DNA from: Mobula hypostoma
Lineage: Eukaryota
Length of the DNA stretch: 64,000 nt
Direction of reading: 5' to 3'
NCBI RefSeq assembly: GCF_963921235.1
Contig: NC_086108.1
Coordinates: 90,398,001-90,462,000, forward strand
Part shown: piece after piece, positions 39,885 through 52,200 of the stretch
Position numbering within the stretch: the stretch's first letter is position 1
Layout of the letters: each line of letters opens with the position of its first letter
The notes under the pieces: model-generated
The model's database searches: none
Told to the model about the DNA's origin: nothing
What the model saw: the letters and a program-made list of their open reading frames with translations, nothing else
Made by a program: the position numbers and the translations under genes

Positions 39885-40400
39885 TAAACACGAGTTTCTG
39901 CAAATATTGGAATTCTTGAGCAACACACACGAAATGCTGGAGGAACTCAGTAGGCCAGGCAGCATCTATGGAGAGGATTTAAAAGTCAATGTTTTGGCCA
40001 GATCCGTCTGATGAAGGTGTCTGCCCAAAACATTGAGTGTTTATTCCCCAATGTAGATGTTGCCTGACCTGTTGAGTTCCTTCCATATTTTATGTGTGTT
40101 GTCTGATTGATAACTTACCAAGTTCTGATGGACAGTCTCTGCTCAAAATGTCGACTGTTTATTCTTCTCCATAGATGCTGTCTGATTTATTGAGTTCCTC
40201 CAACATCTTGTATGTGTTTCATGGGGAACTGCACTGCACTTCAAATTATTCCAAGAAACAACACTTCAGTGCTTCCACAAACGAGAAAATCTGCAGATGT
40301 TGGAAATCCAAGCAACACACACAAAATGCTGGAGGAACTCATCAGTCCAGGCAGCATCTATGGAAAAGAGTACAGTTGAAGTTTCGAACCGAGACCCTTC
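39885..40400. mobile_element. Cluster of Penelope-like terminal repeats (minus, plus, plus, minus)
   Basis: Inverted pair ~39921-40001 / 40020-40101, a second plus copy 40121-40218 and a minus copy 40277-40400. Hammerhead boxes are decayed. Confidence 0.75.
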
Positions 40401-40851
40401 AGGCGGACTTTAGTGCTTCTCCCATTTTGCCAGTTCTCTGTCCATACTCAAATGGTGCTTTTTATAATCTACTTTGCATGTCTAGTCTTTTTAACACTAC
40501 ATTATTGGATATCTTTTGACAGTACGACACATCAATTGAATTTACCTTATCAAAAAAATCTTTACTGATTTATTTAAACACGGTTTGCTGTAACCAAGTT
40601 CATACCAGCCATTTCTGTTTAATTCTGCCGTTGATTACCCTTGATAAAACTAAAGAGAAATAGTCATTTATTGCCTTTGTCACAGCTTCTGCCTTCATGA
40701 GAAGCTATCCTTTTTGGTCTCTGATCAATTCGTGTCTCCTGCAGACATGATCAAAAGGTTCAGTTGTTGTTCAGACCAAATATCAGAATGGGGAAGAAAT
40801 GTGATCTATGTGATTTTGGCTGTGGATCTTGATGCCAAACAGTGTGTCTCA

Positions 40852-41881
40852 AATTAGATTAGATTAGATTATGAGGACACTCAGTCCTCATTTAGACATA
40901 GACATAGACATACTTTATTGATCCCGAGGGAAATTGAGTTTCATTACAGCTGCACCAACCAAGAATAGAGCATAAATATAGAAATACAAAACCCACAAAC
41001 AATCAAACAACAATATGCAAACTATGCCAGATGGAAATAAGTCCAGGACCAGCCTATTGGCTCAGGGTGTCTGACCCTCCACGGGAGGAACTGCAAAGTT
41101 CGAGGGCCACAGGCAGGAACAACCTCCCATGACGCCCAGTGTTGTATCTCGGTGGAATATGGCTGGAGTCCAACAGCAAAAAGTTCAATATCCGGTCTAC
41201 AAACACGTTCCTCGATTGTAATATGACCAGGATTGCACCATCTGTTGTTAACCAGAACAGCAAGCCCCCAACTCCTTTTACACTTTATTGTCATTTAGAA
41301 ATGCATGTATTAAGAAATGATACAATGTTCCTCCAGAGTGATATCACAAAAAAAACAGGACAAACCATAGACTAACACTGACAAAACCACATAATTATAA
41401 CATATAGTTACAGCAGTGCAGAGCAATACCATAATTTGCTAAAGAGCAGACCATGGGCACGGTAAAAAAAAGTCTCAAAGTTCCGATCGACTCCCGATAG
41501 TCCTGATAGCAGGCGGCAAAAGGGAGAAACTCTCCCTGCCATAAACCTCCAGGTGCCGACAACTGCTGATGCATTGGAAGCACCCAAGCACAGCCGACTC
41601 TGAGTCCGTCCGAAAATTTCGAGCCTCCGATACAGCCTCCCGAGCTCGCCCCGGCCACCGAGTAACAAGCAAAGCCAAGGACTCGGGGCCTTCTCCTCTG
41701 GAGATTCTGGATCGCACAGTAGCAGCGGCAGCGAAGAAGGCATTTCAGAAGTTTCTCCAGATGTTCCTCCGTGCTCTCACATCTGTCTCCATCAGATCAG
41801 GATTGTGCACAGCACCCTGCTTGACAAATAACAGACATCATTCACCGGTGGCAGCTGCAAGCTGCGTTGCACCGCCATCTT
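40852..41881 (-). mobile_element. Non-autonomous retroposon with AAGATGGCG head and (CTAAT)n tail
   Basis: CGCCATCTT at 41873-41881, CpG-rich 5' half, ATTAG repeats at 40853-40872. Interrupted by 40893-41284. Confidence 0.6.
40893..41284 (-). mobile_element. Bipartite internally deleted Rex1-like element, copy 1
   Basis: APE-like LAVLVNNRWCNPGHITIEERVCRPDIELFAVGLQPY is fused directly to the terminal IPPRYNT..FLPVALEL..GGSDTLSQ. (TATGTC)n tail. Confidence 0.8.
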
Positions 41882-42420
41882 CTCTTCCTCCATACTACTG
41901 ATTTCCCTGATTTCTCACAGACAGCATTCTCTAGAGTTTACAAAGAACAGTGCAAAAGAAGCAATAACGGTCCAGTGAGTGGCAGTTCTGTGGGTGAAAA
42001 TGCCTTGTTAACGAGAGAGGTCAGAAGAGAAAGGCCAAACTAGTTCAAGCTGACAGGAAGATCACACTAACTCAAATAACCACATGTTACAATAGTGGTG
42101 TACAGAAGAGCATCTCTAAATATAATTGAATCTTGAAGTGAATGGGCTACAGCAGCAGAAGACCACGGACATATATTCAGTGACTATGGAGCGTATATTG
42201 TAGTTTATAGTACATTTTATATATTGCACTGCTGCCACAAAGCAACAAATTTCACAACGTATGTCGGTGATAGTAAACCTGATTCTGATTCTGGTAGCAT
42301 AATCCAAACTGGAAGTGGTTTTCAATACCTATATACATGTGAATTTCCAGACTGTTGTTTTCCCAAGTCATAAAATCAGCAAGGTCTTTAATCCACCGTG
42401 TCAGCGCCAACCATCAAGTA

Positions 42421-42825
42421 CAATACTGCACCAAGGTCTTAGGCGCGTCTTTAAAAATTTTGTTAAGTGCAGATGCTTTCAAAATAATGAAATGGGAAGT
42501 TTCTAAATATCAAAAAAAAATTATAAAGAGTAGTAAACATAAACAAAAATAAATATAATTGATATTTGGTGTGAGCACCCTTTCCCTTTAAAACTGCATC
42601 AACTCTGCTTGCAGTTTTCTAAGAAAATCGGCTGGTAGGTTGTTCCAAGCCTCTTGGAGAAATTTCCACAGTTCTGCAGACTTTGGCTATGCTGCTAGTT
42701 TCTGCCTCTCCAGATAATCCCAGACAATCTTGCTGATGTTGTGATCCGGGCTCTGTGTAGACCGTACCATCTGAAACCAAGTGAAAAAAAAAACCTAGGG
42801 CACCTAAAACTTTTACGCAACACTG
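42421..42825. mobile_element. Tc1/mariner-type non-autonomous element
   Basis: TA flanks and degenerate TIRs CAATACTGCACCAAGGTCTTAGGCGC / GCACCTAAAACTTTTACGCAACACTG. Confidence 0.7.
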
Positions 42826-45575
42826 TACCTATCTATATAAATCTTGTTTGAAAGCAGTCGGTCCATATCCTACAATGACTTGGCAATTCAAGTGCTCATC
42901 CAGATGCTTCATAAATAGTGTGGGGATGTCTCGGACTCCCAATACTCATATTCCAGATTTCACCCATCCTCTGGATTCAAGTATTCTTCCTGAAATCCCC
43001 TCTAAATCTCATTATTCCTCCTCAGAATTTCTACCATAGGTTAAAAAAAATCCTACTGTCTACCTAATGTAAACTTCTTATGTTGTTCAAGTCTGTCAGG
43101 TCCCCAGCATATTCAGTATCTCCTCATAACTGAAATTTGTGTACCCTACAACATAGATTGAATCTCCTCTGCGCCTTGACATCTTTCCCAAAGTGTGTTA
43201 TCCAGCAGTGCATATTAAATATTAATGTTTACTAACCTGATTCACCTAATTTAAAGCAAAGGTAAACGCAAGCATATTGGTGCCCATGATATTAAGAAAT
43301 AAGTGCAGAAATTAGTAAGTTGCTCTTCAGCATATCTTCTGTAAAGCAGAGAAGAATCATCGAAACATAGCAGAATCTAATAACCAAGATTTTTATTTCA
43401 GTCAGGAAGAAAGGTCTCAGTCCAAAACATCAACGTAATTCTTTTCCATAGACGCTGCCTGACCTGCTGAGTTCCTCCCACATTTTGTGTGTGTTGCTTT
43501 ATATTTAGGAGATATGATTGAGAAGTTTGCTTAAGATATCGAAGTTGGAATGTGATCAGGAGTTAAGGAAACAAGTTTCAAGCTGCAGGAAAACACCAAT
43601 GGACTTGTTTGGTGGACATAAAAGTGTCAAATGATAGTTATTCCAGTGAAAAGTGTGATAATACTTGTTGGTAAAATAGGCAGAAGAATATACAGAAAAT
43701 TGAGTATAATCAGAAAGATAGAAAATGTGAATTTTGGAGTGAATGTCCAAATACCACGTGATTCAGGGGTAGTTACCACCCTTGCACCATCAGACTCCTG
43801 AACCAAAATGAATAACTTACTTACTCCACTTCCTCCCTCCCTCCCTCCCTGCCTCTTTTGTTTTTCTTTGTATTTGCACAGTTTGTCTCCTTGGCTGTTT
43901 GTCGCTCCTTGCTTGTGTGCAGCTTTTCATTGATTTTACTGTATTTCTTGGTTCTGTTGTGGATGCTCGCAATAAAATGAACCTCAGGGTAGTACAATAT
44001 TAACATTGCTAGTAAATTTATTTTGATCTTTGAACTTAGAAAGCACTTTCTGAGGGCAAAATAGGCAGAAGAATACATAGAAAATTGAGTCCATCAGAAA
44101 GATTAAAAACCAGGAATTTTGGATTGAATGTCCGGAGATCCCTAAAAGTGGGGCAAGGCAGGTAGATTAAGAGATAGAGAGACAAATGAATTTGCATTTG
44201 TGCGCCAGAGCATAAACGCGGGGATATAAGAGACTAATGGCTTAAGTACAGTGTACTGTTCTAGTTACCATACTTCAGAGCAGATATAATCATATGGGAT
44301 GGGATCTAGAGGAGATGCACAAAAAACATTGCCAATTACAAAATTATATGGAAGTTTGATTCAGTTAGGGTTTTATCTTTGGAGCAAAGGTGACTGAGAA
44401 GAAAATTAAATAAGAAAATTGAGAAGGAAGGAGCTATTTCCATTGGCAGAGAAGTTGATTGCTAGAGCCATGGAGTTAAATCATTTGCTATAAAGCATTG
44501 AGGGGAGCTGAGAACCTTTTTCTTCATTGAGAGATAATTTTTAAGTGTGGAGTCTTAGATTTTTCAGAAGTTGATTTTTATTGGAAATTTAAAATAAAAA
44601 AATACATAGTTTTGTAATATTATTAACTTGTGCTTCCATCTCTCTTCTCATCTTTACACTTGCATAGAAAATTACAGCACAATACAGACCCTTTGGCCCA
44701 AGATGTTGTGCTGATCTTTTAACCTACTCGAAGATCAATCTTACCCTTCCCTCCTGGATAGCCCATCAATTTTCTATCAACCATATGCTGAGGAGTTTCT
44801 TAAATGCTCCTAATATATCTACCTCTAACACCACCCCTGTCAGGACATTCCACATACCCACCACTCTCTGTGTAAAGAACTTACCTCAGATATCCCCTAT
44901 ACTTTCCTCTAATCACCTGGAAATTATGCACCTTGCATTAGCTATTTCCACCCTGAGAAAAAGTCTCTGAATTTTTCTACCATAGGAAAAAAAGGTCTCT
45001 GATCCTTTAAGTTAATTTTATTTGTGCAACACTTAATTGAATTAACTCTTCCAAATTTACAATTCTTGGTTTGCACTCTGTGCAGCTTGGTATGGATTAT
45101 TAATTAATGTGATTGTTAAGAAAATGCACCATTATTTGTTTTGTGACTGATCCCTGTTGGAAGTTTGCTAGTGGAGCTTTCCAAGTGCACAACCCTGTAA
45201 GAAGTCTCTGGGTGAATATAAACCTAATGAGTTGCTGTGCTGTTTACTTGCTGCGGACTGCAGACTGCAGAATGTTGCTTTGCAGGACAGAAATGACCTT
45301 GATAGATTTCTTACTCTTTTACCTCTGCCTTACCCAAATGAACACTGTGCTACCATGTATTTTATGTGGCAGTCAAGCTGAGAACAGGAGAAACTGATTT
45401 GATGATGTAGCATATCTTATTCATTTAAACTGGAATTGAAATTTGAAAGTCGATAGCTTTAAATTCTGCACAGTACTACATTTAATGCACTGGTTAACAT
45501 GTTGATGATAAATTTCAGTCTATGCTATTATAACTCCGTCGTTAACCTGATTTGTTTTAAATGGATTCTTGACAG

Positions 45576-45647
45576 CATTAAAATAGCACAGACGGAAACA
45601 GATCACAGTGCACTAAGCAGGATTCACATGAGCTACCTGGAAGCCTA
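45576..45647 (+). CDS. Weak candidate coding exon (72 nt, phase 2-2)
   Basis: ttcttgacag| IKIAQTETDHSALSRIHMSYLEA |gtatat. The donor is weak and the frame reads into TAG if unspliced. Confidence 0.25.
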
Positions 45648-45984
45648 GTATATGTTGCTTCTGTATTTAAAGTCATCTGAACCAGAATGCCATTTGCACT
45701 TGGAATAAGCTAGTGAAAGGATTGGCAATATTTAGCTGCACAGAAATTTTATATGGACTTCAGAGGCATCTTCTGCTGGCAAACTTGGACTTGTTCTGCA
45801 CAATTAAATGAGATTCAGTTGTGTGTACAACCCAGTTGGTTGGACTCAGAAGGAAGTGTTGAAATGTAATATTTACAAGGCTTTGTTTTCCGCCACCTGA
45901 TTTCTCTCAACTTGAATAATACAAAGGTCATCAAAAGTTATTTAACCTTAGCAATGTAGTATTGTTACAATTTTTTTACATGTG

Positions 45985-47420
45985 TAGGTTGAGCACCCCT
46001 TATCCAAAATGCTTGGAGCTGGAAGTGTTTTGGATTTCAGATTTTTTTTTTGGATTTTGAAATGTTTTCTTTTATATAGAGAGAGAGCTTGGGGATGGGC
46101 CCCAAGTCTAAACATAAAATCTATTTACGCTCTATGTACAGCGTATACATATACGCTGAAGGTGGTTTTATACAATACTTTAAATGATTTTGGGCATGAA
46201 GCAACAGGGTGTACAGTGAACCATCAGCAAGGTAAGCTATCACTACTTCTGCCAGCCAGGTGGACAGTCGGTGGCTGTTTGGCATCACCATCATTCCCAA
46301 CTCTGAACTTATGTGCCACCGGTAAGCAGTCCTTGTCTTACACGTGTTCATTGCACATTCTGTGTGTACTTAACAAATAAAAATTATTACATACCATTAA
46401 TATAGTGAAACTATAATGTGTGCAGGGTAACAAAAGCAGCATACCAGCATCAGGAGAATATCTGAATCAGCTGTTGAACAACAACAATGACAGGCTTTCA
46501 GTCTCCATCTGTGATGCCATGCTTTGATTAAAAGGTTACAGTACACTGTATTTGTACTTTACTTTTTTAAAAGTTTTATGGGAGGTATAAAAACAAAAGT
46601 TTGAATTTAATTACAGGTAAATGTAATGAGAACTGTGAAAAAAGTCAACTTATCTTTAATGTAATAATGATGCTGGTCATGCTACACTCTATCATAGGAT
46701 TTTAGGTGGAGCTGAAATTCAGAATTCAGGCAAAAATAATATGTTTTGTAATTACCAAAAAAAAAGTGGAATGATCTTCACTTTACAGAAGAAGATAAAT
46801 GTGGCACCAAACACTGCAACTACATCAGGTCTGAAAAACTTGAGGGAGAGGGTATATCATCCTTGATATCATTGTGATTTCATTGATTTAAACTGGCATG
46901 ATTTCTTGTTCTGTTATGAATGCATGCTGCTTTAGTCCTTCGGTTTCTCTGCTGCTCCATGATCAGAAGCCTCCTTAAAAATGAAATACCATGCCTTTTC
47001 TTAAATTTCTACAGCCAGGCTGCTGAATATTCCCGATTACCTTCAATTTTCAGTTTATTAGCATGTGGTTAAGCAGCTTGTTCACTCTGACACTGATGAA
47101 TCCACTCTTTCAATACACATTCAAGATCTTCATTTTTCACTTATCCTGTGGTTTTCTACTTTTCATTAACTTTTGTTCTTTACTTTTAACAGTTTTTCCT
47201 TCTGTTTCTTCATTCATAGATGGTGGTTGCTCCACCACCATATTCCTCTGTCAGATGTTTCACACTTACACCACTGTCAAGTTCTTCCAACAACTTGACG
47301 TTCTGTGTTATAGAGAAACATGAATGCTTCCTCTTTTACTTTTCACTACTACCCAAAGAGGTAACTGTGGGCCTTTTTGACATTTTCAACAATATCTTCA
47401 GAGAACATGCAAAAAACACA
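45985..47420 (-). mobile_element. Tigger4/Zombi-like pogo transposon remnant
   Basis: TIR-like AGGTTGAGCACCCCTTATCCAAAATGCTTGG. Minus translation from 47383: MSKRPT..KRKH..SITQNVKLLEELDSGVSVKHLTEEYG, NEDLECVLKEWI, AWL*KFKKRHGI (CENP-B/psq HTH domains). Confidence 0.8.
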
Positions 47421-47463
47421 TGGTAATCACTGTGAGTTTTGCATGAAGATTTAGCTAAGGAGA

Positions 47464-47802
47464 CTGTCCTTCCAGGTGAGGCGACACTTCACCTATGAGT
47501 CGACTGGGGTGATATACTTCGTCCAGTGCTCCCGATGTGGCCTTCTATATACTGGCGAGACCTGACGCAGACTGGGAGACCGCTTTGCTGAACATCTACG
47601 CGCTGTCCGCCAGAGAAAGCAGGATCTCCCAGTGGCCACACATTTTAATTCCACATCCCATTCCCATTCTGACATGTCTATCTGCGGCCTCCTCTACTGT
47701 AAAGATGAAGCCACACTCAGGTTGGAGGAACAACACCTTATATTCCGTCTGGGTAGCCTCCAACCTGATGGCGTGAACATTGACTTCTCTAACTTCCGCT
47801 AA
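47464..47802 (+). pseudogene. GIY-YIG endonuclease domain of a Penelope-like element
   Basis: My translation: GVIYFVQCSRCGLLYTGET*RRLGDRFAEHL..VATHFNS..H..RLEEQHLIFRLGSLQPDGVN, with one TGA (probably from CGA). Confidence 0.9.
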
Positions 47803-48096
47803 TGCCCCACCTCCCCCTCGTACCCCATCTGTTATTTATTTTTATACACACATTCTTTCTCTCACTCTCCTTTTTCCCCCTCTGTCCCTCTGACTATACC
47901 CCTTGCCCATCCTCTGGGTTCCCCCCCCCACTTGTCTTTCTTCCCGGACCTCCTGTCCCATGATCCTCTCATATCTCCTTTGCCAATCACCTGTCCAGCT
48001 CTTGGCTCCATCCCTCCCCCTCCTGTCTTCTCCTATCATTTTGTATCTCCCCCTCCCCCTCCCACTTTCAAATCTCTTACTAACTCTTCCTTCAGT

Positions 48097-48133
48097 TAGC
48101 CTGACGAAGGTTCTCGGCCTGAAACGTCGACTG
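48097..48133 (+). ncRNA. Minimal type I hammerhead ribozyme motif
   Basis: CTGACGA (48101-48107), AGGT/GCCT helix II, GAAACGTC (48121-48128). Helix I lacks one base relative to the other copies. Confidence 0.7.
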
Positions 48134-48605
48134 TACCTCTTCCTAGAGATGCTGCCTGGCCTGCTGTGTTCACCAGCAACTTTGATGTGTGTTGCTTGAA
48201 TTTCCAGCATCTGCAGTATTCCTGTTGTTTGATGCCTATATATAGTTTCTTAATGCACAGATATTGAAGATATAATAGATAGTGAATAGGAATGTCTAAC
48301 TCTTATAACTGGATATATATCAGTTAGAGAGTTGATTGGAGCAATGGCAGATGTAATTTAAGTGTGAGATAATGTATTTTGGAAAGATGAATAAGATTTG
48401 GACATACACACAATCGTAGAGCCCTAGGAAGTGGAGATGAACAGAGAGACCTGGAGGTACGTGTCCATAGGAAATGGGGTGGGGAGGTGTATGACATACC
48501 TTTCTTTATTGGACAGGGCACAGTGCTGAGGGAATATCGCCCATCTTTTTTCTCACCACATTCTAAGAGGGAAATGATTGTGCTGAGGAGATCCAGCAGG
48601 ATTTT

Positions 48606-51100
48606 CTTTCTTTCTTTTTAAATCTTTTTATTGAATAAGTATACAAAAGGTAAGCCATATAGGTACTAATACACTGTTAGAATATAATAAAATTACAGGA
48701 GATAATAAAACAGAAAAGAAATGATACAAACAATGTAACTTAAACATAAAATAATAAGGTAACATAATAGTATACTAATTTTTTATATATATATATATAT
48801 ATCAATAGAAAAAGGAAAAAAAAAACCCACCGTGCAACTAAACTAAAAGCAAAGCAAAGAAATGGGCTAACTTGGAAACAAGTAGAGTTAAAAGACTTAA
48901 AATCACATCCTCAAACCCGACCTCCATTAAAAACAGTTGGAAAAAAACAAGAAGGGAATATAAATATGGAGCAAAAACGGGAAGAAAGAAAATTACAATA
49001 AATGAAAATATTGAATAAAAGATCTCCAGGTCTGTTCAAATTTAAGTGAGGAATCATAAAGATTGCTTCTAATTTTCTCCAAATTCAAGCATAATATCGT
49101 CTGAGAAAACCAAAAAAAGGTAGATAGAGCATTAAGCTCTTTCCAATGTTGTAAGATACATCTTTTCGCCATTAAAGTAAGAAATGCAATCATTCTACGG
49201 GCTGAAGGAGAAAGATTACTGGAAATTTTAGGTAATCCAAAGATAGCAGTAATAGGGTGAGGAGAGATATCTATATTCAATACCTTTGAGATAATATTAA
49301 AAATGTCTCTCCAAAAAGTTTCCAGAGTAGGACAAGACCAAAACATATGAGTTAAAGAGGCTATCTGCCCCGGACATCTATCACAAAAAGGATTAATATG
49401 AGAATAAAAATGAGCTAATTTATCTTTGGACATATGTGCTCTATGAACAACTTTAAATTGAATTAGGGAATGTTTAGCACAGATAGAGGAAGTATTGACT
49501 AATTGTAAAATCTGCCCCCAGTCATCCACGGAAATGATAGAGCCCAATTCCTGTTCCCAATCTACCCTAATCTTATCAAATGGAGCTTTCCTAAGTTTCA
49601 TAATAATATCATAAATCATAGCCGATGCACCTTTCTGACATGGATTAAGGTTAATTATAGTATCTAAGATATATGTAGGAGGAAGCATTGGAAAGGAAGA
49701 AAGTATAGTACTTAGGAAATTTCTAACTTGTAGATATCTAAAAAAAATGTATTCTTGATAAATTATATTTATTAGATAATTGTTCAAAAGACATAAGGGA
49801 ACCATCTAAAAATAAATCCAAAAACCGTGAAATACCCTTAGTCTTCCAAATTTGAAAAGCATGATCCGTGAAAGAGGGAGGAAAAAATATGTTACCTAAA
49901 ATAGCTAGCCCAAATTGGTTAAGATCAAAAAATTTTCTGAATTGGAACCAAACACGTAAGGTATATTTAACTATCGGGTTAGAGACCTGTTTGAGGCGTT
50001 TCAAATCAAAAGGAAGAGAGGAACCTAAAATAGAGCCTAGTGTATAGCCCTGAACAGATGGTAATTCCAATGCTACCCATTTAGGAATGGATAGTATATC
50101 CTGGTCAAGTAACCAAAATTTCATATGTCGAATATTAATTGCCCAATAATAGAAACTAAAGTTAGGTAATGCTAAACCTCCATCTCTCTTGGCTTTCTGT
50201 AAATGTATTTTACCCAGTCTCAGGTTTTTATTTTGCCAAATAAATGAAGAAATTTTTGAGTCAACTTTATCAAAAAAAGATTTTGGAACAAAAGTTGGTA
50301 ATGCCTGAAATATATATAAAAATTTTGGCAGAAAAAACATCTTAACTGCATTAATACGACTAATCAAAGTTAAATATAATGGAAACTATTTAGATGAAAG
50401 TTGAGTAATATGGTCAATTAAGGGTAAAAAATTAATCTTAAATAAATCTTTGTGTTTACAAGTAATTTTAATCCCAAGATAGGAAAAATAATTATTAATC
50501 AATTTAAACAAAAAGTTGTGATATAAGGGAAGTTGTTTATTAATCGGAAAAAGTTCACTCTTACTAAGATTTAATTTATAACCTGAAAAAAGACTAAATT
50601 GTGCTAATATATCTAAAACAGCAGGGATGGATTTTTGAGGATTAGAAATATATAAAAGTAAATCATCAGCATAGAGTGATATTTTATGGGACTTTAATCC
50701 CCGAGTTATCCCAGTAATATTTGGAGATTCTCGAATGGCAATTGCAAGAGGTTCTAATGCAATATCAAATAATAGGGGACTAAGAGGACAGCCTTGTCGA
50801 GTACCTCGAAAAAGAGGAAAAAAAGGTGAGTTTAAAGAGTTAGTACGGACCGAGGCTACAGGGGAATGATATAACAGTTTAATCCAGGATATAAATTTCA
50901 AGCTAAAGTTAAACATTTCAAGCACCTTAAATAAATAAGGCCATTCTACTCTATCAAAAGCTTTCTCGGCGTCTAAAGAAATAACACACTCAGGAACATT
51001 TTGTGAGGGAGTATAAACGATATTTAACAATGTACGAATATTATAAAAAGAGGACTCTGATTGATATAAGGAAGAATAAAAATCAAAAAAGGTTTGATTA
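48606..51100 (-). mobile_element. L1-like LINE, 5'-truncated, with TSD
   Basis: Motifs LDAEKAFDRVEW, GTRQGCPLSPLLF, YADD, YLGI and the zinc knuckle CDRC..THMFWSC. AATAAA plus A-rich tail. 11-bp TSD AGCAGGATTTT (48595-48605, 51101-51111). Confidence 0.92.
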
Positions 51101-52200
51101 AGCAGGATTTTGCATGAATCAGAGGTCTTTAGATGTAATGAGAGATTGGATAGGCGGAACTTGTTTTTCTTCGAGCAAACGAGACTGAGGAATGAGGAAT
51201 GAGCTGATAGGGTGGTGAATCTGTGGAATTCGTTGCCACAGGTGGCTGTGAAGGACAAGTCATTGGGTATATTTAAGGAGTGGTCGATAGATTCCTGATT
51301 AGTTAAGGCATGAAGGGATACAGGGAAAAGGCTGGAAATTGGGGCTGAGAGGGAAAATGGATCACACATGATGAAATGACAGAGCAGACTCAATGAGCCA
51401 AATGGCCCACTTCTACTCCTATATCTAATGACCTGATAAAATTTTGAGAGATACAGGTAGCGTGGACAGTAAGAATGTTTTTCTCATGGTGAGTTTTTGT
51501 CTAAAGTAGCAGGATTAAGCGGAACAAGAGGAAGTTAGAAGGGGATTTTCTTTAATGAAAAATGGATGATCTCTGATATCTGGAAAGCTGCCTGATGGGA
51601 TGGTGGAGACAGATACACTCAGAGAATTTAAGTCACATCTAGACAGGTACTTGAATAACCAAGGCATAGAATGCTATGGATCTCATGTGAGCCATTGGGA
51701 ATTGTATAGATAAATGCAATGGTCCATTTTTGTGCTTTTTAATTCTATGAATAGTGGTTATATTGCATTTTCTCAAGGAGGCTTTCAGAAGATCCTGTAT
51801 CTTTTTCTGTTCACCTGGTAATCACTTCACATAAAGTTATTGCTTTCATAGCTGCTACCAACCTCCTGAAATGGACTTTGATGCTCTATTGTATTAGCTA
51901 CTGCAGTCAGTTAGCTGTTGACTACCCTCTTTAAGCTGTTCTTCTGGTCTAACAAACAATTTGTTATAGGATAAGAGAAAGTCTGTAGCTGCTGGAAATC
52001 CAAAGCAACAGACACAAAATGCTGGAGGAACTCAGCAGGTCAGGCAGCAACTATAGAAATGAGTAAGTAGTCGACGTCTTGGTTTGAGAACCTTCATCAA
52101 GACTGAGAAAGAAGGGAGAAAATGCCAGAATAAGAAGGTTGGAGGAAGGAAAGAAGGCTAACTGGAAGGTGATAGGTGAAGTAGGGTGGGTGGGAAAGGT

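Larger units (their letters stand above)
40755..42190 (+). mobile_element. Tc1-like transposase remnant, split by a retroposon
   Basis: MGKKCDLCDF at ~40788, then after the insertion SRVYKE, LVNERGQKR.AKLVQADRK.T.TQITT.YNSGVQKSIS and MGYSSRRP. Confidence 0.75.
47460..48232 (+). mobile_element. Young Penelope-like element, 5'-truncated (GIY-YIG, UTR, hammerhead, tail)
   Basis: Contains the GIY-YIG frame, a pyrimidine-rich UTR and the terminal repeat ending CTGCAGTATTCCTGTTGTTT. Confidence 0.9.

Noticed and set aside
50386..51393. 335-aa ORF as a host gene
   Set aside because: It is a chance read-through from an antisense CR1 tail across the TSD into the L1 RT.
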